Below are positions 53,024 through 64,000 of a stretch of DNA of 64,000 nucleotides, one piece after another. The DNA lies in contig MU056050.1 in NCBI GenBank assembly GCA_013239625.1, positions 4,969,366 to 5,033,365 on the forward strand, in the 5' to 3' direction. Position 1 is the first letter of the stretch. Every line of letters begins with the position of its first letter. A program made the translations under genes and the position numbers. Below the pieces are notes generated by a model that was given only the letters and a program-made list of their open reading frames with translations, was not told the DNA's origin and ran no database searches. Source of the DNA: Lama guanicoe. Taxonomy: Eukaryota.

Positions 53024-53274
53024 AGGTGAAAATGGCTACCTTTTCGTGCGTTCTTTTCTTAGGAGTGAGGAAAATGTTTTCAGAAGCCCCCAAAGGACTT
53101 CACCCATGTGTCACTGGTCACTTGGATATTCTTAATCCAGTCACTGACAAGAAGGATGCAATTACCATGAGTGAATTATCCAAATTTTATCCACCATTTG
53201 GAAGTAGAGATCAAGCAGTTTCCCCTGAAATACATAGTTGTATGCTGGAGAGTGGATAAATAAAAAGAAAAAAA
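53024..53274 (-). repeat. Inverted repeat B, copy 2
   Basis: Reverse complement of 52435-52684. Confidence 0.97.
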
Positions 53275-53277
53275 TCA

Positions 53278-53473
53278 GTTTTCTTTTAGGAAGAAGAAAG
53301 AGGACATGGAATATTGAGCAAACGACATACCAATGTCTGTTGCATAGTCTCAAACAAATCATAAGATCTCAAAGAAGAGTCTTTCGAAATAATAGGCTTA
53401 GTTGAAATAGGGGAAACACACTGAAGAGAAACATCAGGTAGAAGATGAGAGTCTGTGATCTATTGTCAATTTT
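53278..53473 (+). repeat. Direct repeat A, copy 2
   Basis: Near-identical to 52242-52438. Confidence 0.97.
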
Positions 53474-53640
53474 CACATTTAAAAACTATGCCAATTGGGA
53501 AATCATTAAAATATCTGAGCCTCAGTTTCCCTGTCTTCATAGGGATGATATTACTTACCTATCATCATTCAAATAGACATTATGATTATAAAATGGAATA
53601 ACAAATATAAGAGCTCTTTGACTTAGAAGTACTGTCTTAT
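53420..53640 (+). mobile_element. MIR SINE whose head lies inside repeat A copy 2
   Basis: ttgggaaatcattaaaatatctgagcctcagtttccctgtc...gggatgatattacttaccta. Confidence 0.7.
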
Positions 53641-55141
53641 TTTAAAAGATATTTAACTACCTTTGAGAAAGGAAATTCAACCTTTTCATATGGTAATCAG
53701 TACGTTTAGACACAATCCGTTTAAAAGACAAAGAGTTCAACTTATGTCATTAAAACAACTTTTTTTTTTTTGCTTTTATATTTTTGGTAGTTCTCTTCTG
53801 TATTGTATTAAAGGATGGAATGAGTCAAGCAACCTTAAACCCATCTTGTTTGTTAGCATGGATTCTTGAAGATGGTAACCTATATTTTTGATGAGTTTGC
53901 TAGCAAGAGAAGGACCTGAAATCTAGCAACTCAGAGTAGATATAATGCTTACAGTAACATAAATGACAAAGTGTCAGTGATGACTGAGATGACAAATGAC
54001 AACATGCATATTAATAAGCAGTAGACGACATTCAATCACTGTCCAATATTCATAGTCATGTTGAAGGACAATGCAATCTTCAAATGCAGCACCTCACAGA
54101 GGAGGTGTGACTGTCACCAAACAACTTCTATAACTTAGAAAGTCAGCAGAAAAGTGGCAAGGTTATGCCTACCTTGGTGGAGGGGTGAATGACACCTACG
54201 TATTTCTTATATCCATACTAGAGGGCAAAAACAATAGCCCCTCAGATAGTTGTGTAGAACTCATGTCTACACATGCCACCAGTTCAGGCTTTTCAACTGA
54301 ATTTAATAATGAATGAAATGAAAATCTCTCTGTCTCTGTCTCTCTGTCTCCCTACCTGCATAGTTATTTGACTGAATTGCTTGTTTGTTCAACCCTGTCA
54401 ACATAGTCAATCTAGTTGGAATTTATGTGGTCCTCTGTTATTAATCTAATTATGTGCTGCAGTGCTATGTGTATGTGTTTATTCATGTTTACAATAGACA
54501 CGTAGGTAATTTTTAGATCTCTAGTGTCCAGACTTCTATAAGATACACTTATCTTTTTATTTGTAGGGTTTTTTTTCCTTTTTAATGTGGAGAGGGATTT
54601 CTTAAAGATATTTTACTATCAACATAAAATGAATTTAAATAATGTAGATAGAGACTTGACAAAAACATTCAATAACCCATCAAGGAAGTCCTGAGGTGGA
54701 CAGACCAGTCCAAAAGCTAATTGTTCAACAGAATGACAGGCAGAGATACCCTCTGACAGTGTAGAAATGGCTGATACTGTTGCTGTTGTCACTACCCTAA
54801 TATTATTCAACAGATATTTTGAACTGAATATAAAAATCTATCAAAAAACTATTTGGGTGCCTGAGCTTGAATGTAAATGTGTATGGAAGATTCATACCTT
54901 CAGCTCTTATGGTTATTTCTTTTATATCCATAATCAACACATAGTTTTCTTTGTTTCTATACAGACAACAATAAGCTATATTTCAGAGATAGGTGGGTGT
55001 TGCAAATGTCTTTTCTTGAAATAACATTAAGAATGATTATATTAAACAAAGCTTAAATTTCACCCAAGAGATAAGAAATTATCTACCTAAAAATATTAGA
55101 AATAACTGGCTTTTCCATGTAATTATTTATCTTTGTCACAG

Positions 55142-55527
55142 TGTATTCGTCACCTAGGGCTACAAACAAAATATGCCATACTGTGAGGCTTACACAACAG
55201 AAATTTATTTTCTCACAGTTCTGGAGGCTGGAAGTCCCACATCAAGATGTCAGCAGGTTTGGTTTCTCTAGAGGCCTCTCTCCTTGACGTGCTGCCTTCT
55301 CTCCATGTCCTCTACATGGCCTCTCTTTGTGAGCAGGCATTCCTGCTTTCTCTTCCTCTTCTCATAAGGACAGTAGGCCTATTGGATTAGGGCCTCACTC
55401 TTTGAGTTCATTTAACCTTAATTACCTGGTTAAAGATCATTATCTCCAAATACAGTCAAATTGGGGGTTAGAGCTTCAACCTATAATCACAACCTATTAT
55501 CAGGGGACACAATTCAGTTCATAACCT
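55142..55527 (-). mobile_element. Solo MaLR LTR (MLT1B-like)
   Basis: acaacagaaatttattttctcacagttctggaggctggaagtcc...ggattagggcc...ggggacacaattcagttcataac. Confidence 0.88.
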
Positions 55528-55879
55528 ATAGACAGAAGAAAATTCCATCTGTTTTAAGGAAATACTTGGTACATCATTTTCAACAAAATTCAATTTAATT
55601 TAGTGACTGTATTCTTTGATAAAGCATGTAAATCACTTATCACATTTACCGGCACATAGTACATATACAGAAAATACTTGTTATCATTACCTTCCTAGCA
55701 CAGAAAATTAAAAGAGAGAAAGGGATGAGAGATAGGGAGGAGAGAGAGAGAGAAAATTCAAGCCTTAGAAAAACTGAAAAAAATATTTTGGGAAAAAGAC
55801 AGCCATATGTAATGAAACAAAGCTTACTAAAAGATCTAGTATTAAAGGGAGCGTTATAGTAATCGGTGATTCCAAGAAA

Positions 55880-56010
55880 GAGAAAAAGGGGAGTTTGTGG
55901 GAAGGATTCATGACGAAATTGAATTTGTAGTGGGCCTTGAGTGAGAAATAGGGTGGAAATCCCAGGCAAAGAAATTAGCATGAGCAAAGGCACAGGGATA
56001 GGAGTGAGCA
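55880..56010 (-). mobile_element. L2 fragment
   Basis: gggaaggattcatgacg...aatcccaggcaaagaaattagcatgagcaaaggcacagg. Confidence 0.65.
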
Positions 56011-56719
56011 TAAGGTGTTACAGTAGGTTCCTCTTCTGTCTTCTCCTCTCCCCAAGAGCCAAGGACAGGCTGACACACTCAACCCAGCCTGCAGCCTATG
56101 GAATGTTTGATGGTCATAGCTAAGCTAGGATACTCTGAACAAAGTATTATTTGGGCTTTCAAAGAACATATCTTCCATAGTGTTAAACCAGCATATATTT
56201 CCGATTCATGTTTATCCATACTCCCTTGTAAATCTGCTAGCAGTACATCTATAGAAAATTCAGTCACATATAGACAAAGGCAAGAGAGAAAAGCAGTATA
56301 TCTAAATGAAGTTACAGATCCTTTAAGAGGCTGCTAATAATCAGATAACTGAAATATGAAGGTGGGCCAGATACACATTTTGTGAGGGATGTTTTCCAAA
56401 TAAGGAAGTCTAAGTTTTTACTAGGATTCAAATATCGGGTTCAATTTTTGTCAGGTATTGCTCACAGTTATTAAGAAATAAAACAAATATAGAATATTTA
56501 TATACACACACTTGTATACCTACAGACATATACATATAACTTTAATTTTGGTAGTTTTTTATTTCAGAATTGCCCCTTGAATAAAAATGAGAGGTTGACA
56601 TTGTAAACTATTTCAATCTGGATTGCACAAAAAGGGAGAATACAGCTATATAGGTGCTGATCATTTCCATATTCTAGTTTCATAGTTATATTAAAGATGT
56701 TCATTATTTTTTCTGCATG

Positions 56720-57210
56720 CACCCCATTCTTAGATTATTTGACAGAATCACAGACCAGAAGAGGTAGACTTGCATGTCGTGCATTCTGTGCTTTGGCCAT
56801 AGTGATTGTACCAGGGCCATCTACTTGATCCAAACTGAGATGATCTGATTTTCCTCAGGAAATTTGAACTTTAGGTACAGAGACAGATTTAGTAGAAGGG
56901 TGTTGGACACTTGAACTTGGGCTGTAAGATTAAATAGTTATGGGCTGGAGATGAGTACCCATTGCATCACCAAACCACCAGCAAGACCAAAATTAAGAGT
57001 CCTACAGAGAAAGTTTGCCTGCAGAGAGATGGACGGACTGCAGATTTTACAGAAAAGAAAACACAGAACACAGAGTCTGACTTACAGACTGTATTTGAAG
57101 TCTGGTTATAATTTTGGAAAACCATTTTCTATTCTTTTGTAATAATGTTCACTCAAATCAGCAAGCTTTAGATTTTATTCCTTGTAATTAATGAGTCTCT
57201 AGCTAGAATA
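56720..57210 (+). mobile_element. Old MaLR/ERVL LTR relic (MLT1K/L-like)
   Basis: tggccatagtgattgtaccaggg...tgatccaaactg...ttttcctcaggaaatttgaacttt. Confidence 0.55.
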
Positions 57211-58403
57211 TTTTTAACTTTATTTATATGTGCTTTTGGATCTCCTTTACTGCCCCAGAAATGAAGGTATTTCAAAGATAGTGTTTGCTTAGAAGACAAT
57301 AAGTCAATTGCGTATTATATAACCTGCAGTGGATGCTGTAGACTCTCAAAAGATATTGAATGGATTGAAGAAATGTATAAGGTTTGCACTCATGCAGTGG
57401 GAACATAAATATTTTTATGAAATTACGGAATTTAATTACTATACTATGACATTTCATCCCAACATAAACCTACACTTAGAAGACCTGATTTGAAGTGGTC
57501 ATAGCATATGAAAATATTGCATAATGTATCAACTTGTATCACAGATATTTTAAGGGCAATTCTTAATTCACATATAAATACTAAACAAAATTCTTTCTTC
57601 CTTTGTATAATATTCTTTCCATTTTTATCAGAGAGGCAATAGCGAAAGTAACATCAGTAACTAAGGCATAGTTATTGCCTGGCCTGGTGTATATTTTCGT
57701 TGACTATCTCTCAAATAAATGAAGTTAGTCAGAAGCCAAAGGTAAAGATTTCGGGGGGGGGGGTGTAAAATTTCCTCTTTGCATTGTCGTTTCTATCTCT
57801 AATGATTGGTCCATTAGAAAAGAGGAAGTGTATATTTAACCTCTATTCCTTTAGATTTTTTTAACTTCAGATTTAACCTTTCCAAGATTGTGCATAGTGC
57901 GGTTATGGATATAAGGTTTATGACCAATTTGACCTTATTGAATGCAGTCCTACCAACATCCCCTCAAATCCTGTTTGTGAAATGCTCCAAGAAGTACTAG
58001 ATTCTAGACTCCATCCTTGAGTGTGGAAACTATAAGAGTCATTCTGCATCACTGATTTCTGATTTATATAAAATGATCAGTGATTTATGTAGAATGGCTT
58101 TACAGATAATATGATCTTCAATGTGGAGAAAGTCATTACCTTCAGTGTAATATGTTGAATCAAAAGGATGAAGTGTGAATGGAGAGAACATAAGCCACTC
58201 TCCTTTTTCAGAATTCAAGTTTTCTTTTCTCTAAGCACAGATATGCAAAACTGGATCCTAATTTAGGCAACACTAAACCCCGCTACTTGATTATTTAGGT
58301 CTTCTGTTGAAGGATAATAACAATAATAACAATAACACTGATTTTACATACGTTTAATGAGGCTTCCGTGGACAGATCATTCTCCCCATTCCGTGTCCTA
58401 CTT

Positions 58404-59080
58404 CCTTTTTCTGAGATATAATTCGCATGGCATAAAATTCATCTGTTTAAAGTGTACAGTTCAGTAGTTTTCTGTATATCCACAGATACATTCAACCACA
58501 GCCAATTTTAGAAGTTTTATCAGCTCAGAACGAAAACCCAAACCCTTTAGCTATCCCTTGCATATCTCTTCTTTCTTTCAACCAGCCCTAAGCAACCACT
58601 TCTACTCTCTGTGTAGATTACCCTGTTTTGCACTGTCATAGAAGTGGAATCATATACTATGTGGTATTTTGTGACTGGCTTCTTGGACGTAGCATGTTTT
58701 CAAGGTTTATATATGTTGTAGTATGTAACAATACTTCATTCCTTCACAGGACTAAATAATATTCCATTTTGAGGATATACTACTTTCTTATTTATTCACC
58801 TGATAGTGGACATGTGGGTTGTTTCCATCTTTTTTCTATTATGAATGACTCTACTATAAACATCCATGTACTAGTTTCTGTGTCACCATATGTTTTAATT
58901 TCTCTTGGGTTTATATCTAGGAGTAGAATTACTGAGTAATATGGTAACTCTATGTTTAATCATTTGAGGAATGGCCAGACTGTTTGCCAGAGTGACGCCA
59001 ACATTTGACATTTCTACCAGCAGTATATGAAGGTTAAGTTTTTCTCACATTCTGGCCAGCACTTGTTCTTATCACACCTT
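58404..59080 (-). mobile_element. L1MB-like 3' end and ORF2 tail
   Basis: tgagatataattcgcatggcataaaattcatctgtttaaagtgtacagttcagt...ctaggagtagaattactgagtaatatggtaactctatgtttaatc. Confidence 0.88.
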
Positions 59081-59084
59081 TAAA

Positions 59085-60245
59085 AAAATTATTAAGGCTT
59101 TATTTTTAGGGAAGTTTTAGGTTCACAGTAAAATTGCAGAGAAGATACTGAGATTTCCCATATACCCCCTTGTCCTCACCATGCATAGCCTCCCCCATTA
59201 TCACCATTCCCCACAGAGTGCTACATTTGTTACAACTGATGAACCTACATTGACACATGATAATCACCCAAAGTCCATGGTTTACGTTAGGGTTTACTCT
59301 TGGTGTTTTCATTATATGAGTTTGGACAAATGTATAATGACATGTGTTGCTTACTCTGGTATCATGCAGAATATTTTCACTGCTCTAAAAGTACTCTGTG
59401 ATCTCCCTATTTATCCCTCCCCTTAGACCCCACCCCATCAACTGATCTTTTTACTGTCTCCCTAGTTTTGTCTTTTTCTGTCTTACGATTGGAATCACTG
59501 AGTATGTTGATTTTCAGATTGGTTTTTTTGCTTATTAATATGCAGTAATGTTCCTCCATGTCTTTTCATGGCTTGATAGCTCACTTGTTTTCAGTAGTGA
59601 ACGATATTTGATTGTCTGGGTGTACCACAGTTTATCTGTTCACCTACTGAAGAACATCTTGATTAGTTCCAAGTTTTGGCAATTATAATAAACCTTTTAT
59701 TCCTAACCATGTACCGGATGTTTTGTAGGCATAAATTTTCAGCCTCTTTGGGTAAACACCAAGCAGTGTGATTGCTGTATCATATGACAAGATGATTTTA
59801 GTTTTTTAAGAAACTGTCAAACTGTCTTCTAAAGTGGCTGTACCATTTTAGATTCCTACCAGAATTAAATGAGAGCTCCTTTTGCTCCACATCTTCTCCA
59901 GCATTTGGGTTTCAGTGTTCTATAGATTTTGCCCATTCTAATAGGTGTGAAGTGATATCGTGATATTTTAATTTGCATTTCAGTGATGTCATATGATATG
60001 GAGCATCTTATCATATGCTTATTTGCCTTCTGTATATCTTCTTTGCTGAGCTCTCTGTTAAAGTCTTAAGCCCAGGTTTTAATCAAGTTGCTTTCTAATT
60101 GTTGAATTTTATGAGTTTTTTTTGTATATTTTGGATAACAGTCCTTTATCATATGTGTCTTTGGAAATACTTGCTCCCAGTCTGTGGTTTGTCTTATTCT
60201 CTTGACATTGTCTTTTGAAGAGCAGAAGTGTTTATTTTTAATATA
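59085..60245 (-). mobile_element. L1MC1-like 3' end and ORF2 tail
   Basis: agttttaggttcacagtaaaattg...acatttgttacaactgatgaacctacattgacac...cacccaaagtccatggtttac. Confidence 0.85.
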
Positions 60246-60664
60246 AAAAGTTTCTTCCTTCCTAATCTGTATAACTTTCATGTTCTTTACTTGTCTTATT
60301 ACATTAGCTAGAATTATCTAGTACAATGTTGAAAAGGAGTGGTGAGAGGAGATGCTTTTGTCTTGTACTTGATCTTAGTGGGAAACCTTGAGTTTCTTAC
60401 CATTAAGTATAATGTTAACTGTAGGTTTTCTGTAGATATTCTTTGTAAAGTTAAGGAAGTTCCTCTCTATCCCCAGTTTACTGAGAATTTTTATTACGAA
60501 CAGGTGTTGGGTTTTGTCAAATGCTTTGTCTGCATCTACTGATATGATCATATGATTTTTTTTCCTTTTTAATCTTTTGATGTGATAGATTACATTAATT
60601 GAGTTTTGAATATTGACCCAGGCTTGCATAGCTGGGATGTAAGTCCCACTTGGTTGTGGTATAT
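60246..60664 (-). mobile_element. L1 ORF2 RT-domain fragment
   Basis: ORF 60375..60629: [18 protein letters not shown]...[13 protein letters not shown]. Confidence 0.9.
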
Positions 60665-61118
60665 ATGGGTTATATAAGGTGTATGTTAAGAACCAGAGGC
60701 AAGAAAGAACAAGTCTTGCTTCAGAAAATTAAATAAATTTTATTTGGCTGGAGAAAAAGAAAAAAAACATTATATATCTCTATATATGTTATGTGTATGT
60801 ATATATACACATATGTAAAATAAATGTGTGGATGTGCTTGCTTGGGGAACAGAGTGAAGAGTGATGAGGCAGATAAGTAGAACTGGCACTACCGAATAAA
60901 TAACGGGGACCTGGAAGAGCTGTTCCCTCCCTTCGCGATGGATTTGTAAACAAACAAAACTCTTTGCACTGGCTGATGGAAGCAGTAATGCTTTTCATCT
61001 TTGTTAGAGATGAACACATGATAAAGTTCTCAAACCAAGTAAAAATTGCTTTATAGGACCACCAAGAGGCTGAGCGCCCCAACTGTTTGAGATAGTAGAA
61101 CTGTTGAAACAAACTTGA

Positions 61119-62260
61119 TGTATGTTAAAATGATTGACATTACAGAAAAGATCACAGAATATGAGAAGTGATTTACATGATAAAAGAAAATGTGTAACTA
61201 GACTTCTAGAATTTCACAAAATATACTCAATGAATTTTAAAAACTCAACTATTGGATTAAAAATAAGATTAAACCCTGCTGCAGAAAGAATTAGTAAACT
61301 GTATGATAGATCTGAAGTTTTCATAATATAACACAGACAAAGTGATAGAAAATAAGAAAAAGTGGTAGACTTTGGGGATTGAGAAGGCTTATAAAGCCAG
61401 AGAGAAGAGAAACAACTCAATATGCAAATATAAAATGGTAGATAATTTTCATAATTGGTGAGATACATGAATCCCCACATTAAAGAATAAAAATGACTCA
61501 TATTGATAAATAAAAATAAATCTAGACATGAACAGTGTACTAAAATTGCAGAAATTCAAGGGCAAGGAGAAAATATAAAATACATCAAAAGAGAGGACAG
61601 AAATTAAAGTTTTACAGTATTTTACTTCGAAGACTTCTGGAAACAAACAAACAAACAAAAATACCAAAGAAACTGGAATAATATTTTTAAAGTACAGAGG
61701 AAAATGACTCCACTTAGAATTCTATTTCTAGGTAAATTGTCCTTAAACAGTGAAAGTGAAATAAAGACATCTCCAAATAAATTTGAGGAATTTTAACACT
61801 TCACAGACTGTTGCTGAAAGAACTTGCCCTAGAATATGTATTTGAGGAAGAAGAAAGTTTAATTCAGACGTAGGCAATGGTAAAAAGTAATGGTGAATAA
61901 AGAAACTGACAAATACATGGATAAATATAAGTATCAACTCTAGTAATATTAATAAAGATTATATACAGAACATTTTTTTAAAGGTAGAACTAAACATTAG
62001 GAAACAAACTGATATAAGTATTCTAAGATCCTTCTGTTAATCAAGGGGTTATGAGAACAAAATGATTAATTTTTAAATTTGGCAAATCAATAATATACTT
62101 TAAATATTTAATGTATCCACCAAAATAATGGAAGGAGAATGTGTAACTTTCCAAATTACTGTAGAAAGAAAAAAATAACAAAGGTAGAGAAAATGAATAA
62201 TAAATAAAATCACAAGATGTTACAGTAGGTATAAATCCACACTATATCAAAAATTACAGT
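61119..62260 (+). mobile_element. Ancient L1M (L1ME-like) ORF1 and inter-ORF remnant
   Basis: agattaaaccctgctgcagaaagaattagtaaactgtatgatagatctgaag, tggaataatatttttaaagtacagagg, cttagaattctatttctagg. Confidence 0.75.
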
Positions 62261-62559
62261 CAAAATTTCCACGGAGCAGAATCAAAACCCCAGGAATATT
62301 TCAAACGAGAAAATCAGAGCCTCAGTGTAGGGCAAAAAGGGGTGGCCATCAGAATCTCTACAGAAAGCAGTTGGGCAAATAAAATGGGTAAATTAATAAA
62401 AGTATTTCAGCTGATCAAAACTCACTGTCCTTAAACCACCATAAAAGAAAAAAAGGAAAAATAACACATAATTCTAACTAAATTATATATTACACAGTAA
62501 GGATTTTGACACCTGTCTATCATCTATTGTTATTTCTGTAAACTTGGAAATTAAAAAAC

Positions 62560-64000
62560 TACCACAGAAATCAATAAAACAAGGAAGAAGTGCAAAGCAG
62601 TTTGAATTCAGAAAAAAAGTATTAAACTATAGGAAGAAATATACTTTATAATGCTAAAAGCCACATTCACAGTGAAGACACAACAGAAATTAATATCTGT
62701 GTGTAATGTCAAATTACATAGTACATATCCATTTAGACCAGAAAATATAGGCAATGAATGGAGAAATATGTAAAAACATTAATAATGTGAATCTTTAATA
62801 TACCACTTTCAGTATAAGACATAAGTGGGCATAAATAAGAATATAATGAAATTATTCTCTATAATACTGTAACTTTGGACACATCACACAATGTATTTGT
62901 TGAAATCCATAGAACTGCAGCACAAAAAATGAAACAGTATATGAACTTTTTTTAAGTTTTAAAAAAATTACAGTGTTGGAGAATTCATGATGCAATGAAT
63001 AACGTGACAAAACTATCTAATTGTATTTAAAGTGCATGAAATAACCTAGATTTTTAAAAATAACTTTGTAATAGAGTATAATTAAATCCAGATAATTATG
63101 TACCACTGATTGCTTAATTTTTGTATTTGTCTTTTATTGTAGGATTAGTTCTTTATATTCAGGGAAGTTACTATATTTTTACTTTTTGAAAAAAAAAGTT
63201 AACTTGAAATAAAAATGTAAAAAAAATTAAAAAAGAATATGGGAAATAAAAACAACATAAGTACCACAGTAAATCTTATAGATAGATATTAAACACTATG
63301 ATCTAACAATAGACTATATGTTCTTCCAAAATGCTTATAGAATATGTCATATTTTGTTATATATGAAGACCAGTATCAGGAAAATATCAGCAAGAGTCAT
63401 AAAGAGAAACCTTATAAATATTTTCTTATCATCATGCAAAAGATCTGGAAATTAGAAATAAAATAGGAAAAATTGAAAATCTCTTTTACTTGAATATTAA
63501 AAAAAAAAGCTGTCATACAATTTTTAGAGCAAAGGATACTGAAAAAAAATTGCAGGATTTTTGAGAAGTAATGTAATGACAGTACTACATATCATAATAG
63601 ATGAGATATATATTTGAAGTAGTCACCTAAAGAAAATCCATTTTACAAAAATACAGGATACATGAATTTTCTTGTTGTTATAAGGGAACAGTCAAACAAA
63701 TTCATAAGATGGGGCATTCTACAAAGCAACTCATCTGGCCACCTTTAAAATAAAGAATTTAATGGAAAAAAATGGAGGAGGTCTTTTAAATAAAAAGAAA
63801 GCATGCAAATAACGAAATGCAATGTGTGATGTGAATCCTCATTGGATCCTGGTTGAACAAAACCAAAGATCGGTTCTATTTTTGTGGCAGCTAGGAGACA
63901 TGGACAGAGACTGGATATTAGATGATATCATGAAACTATTGCTTACTTTCTAAGGTGTGATAATAATATTGTGACTATATAGAAGAATGAATTTAGTCGT
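62560..64000 (+). mobile_element. Mosaic of old L1M fragments (ORF2 endonuclease remnant, nested L1MC-like 3' end about 62845-63235, L1ME-like 3' UTR from about 63680)
   Basis: actttataatgctaaaagccacattcacagtgaagac; tatttgttgaaatccatagaactg; aaatgcaatgtgtga...ttggatcctgg...gactggatattagatgatat. Confidence 0.65.

Noticed and set aside
52449..53259. Two ORFs with nearly identical peptides on opposite strands, suggesting a duplicated small gene
   Set aside because: By-product of the inverted repeat B, which is LTR-derived; no recognisable protein.
52242..53473. A novel transposon with 250-bp TIRs and a 197-bp TSD, or a twin-primed local retrocopy
   Set aside because: B is part of an old LTR that continues into the core, A copy 2 continues into a MIR, there is no transposase or poly(A), and 197 bp is far beyond normal TSD size.
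1..64000. CRISPR arrays, tRNA/rRNA genes, CpG-island promoter, NUMT or non-retroviral viral insert
   Set aside because: No repeat-spacer arrays, RNA-gene signatures, CpG-dense region, or mitochondrial or viral coding sequence recognised by eye.

Overview
AT-rich, CpG-depleted placental-mammal genomic DNA with one scaffold gap (43909-44229). No protein-coding gene, RNA gene or CpG island can be supported. The recognisable entries in the ORF track are broken L1 ORF2 fragments; the rest are antisense or chance frames. The window reads as a long intron or gene desert packed with transposon relics: four L1s with clear structure (three with intact target-site duplications, two 5'-inverted), older L1M pieces, L2, MIR, MaLR/ERVL and ERV1 LTRs, a Tigger1 deletion derivative and hAT MITEs. 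I saw no Alu, B1/B2, Bov-A/BovB, PRE1 or SINEC, so a camelid-like cetartiodactyl is plausible (inference). The most unusual structure is a recent complex micro-rearrangement at 52242-53473 (A-B-C-B^inv-A), whose ancestral order can be inferred from the old repeats it cuts. Next is a CpG-containing 429-bp non-repeat insert flanked by a 10-bp direct repeat at 60680-61128. I found no evidence for a new multi-gene biological system. Repeat family names are recognised from memory, and boundaries of old repeats are approximate.
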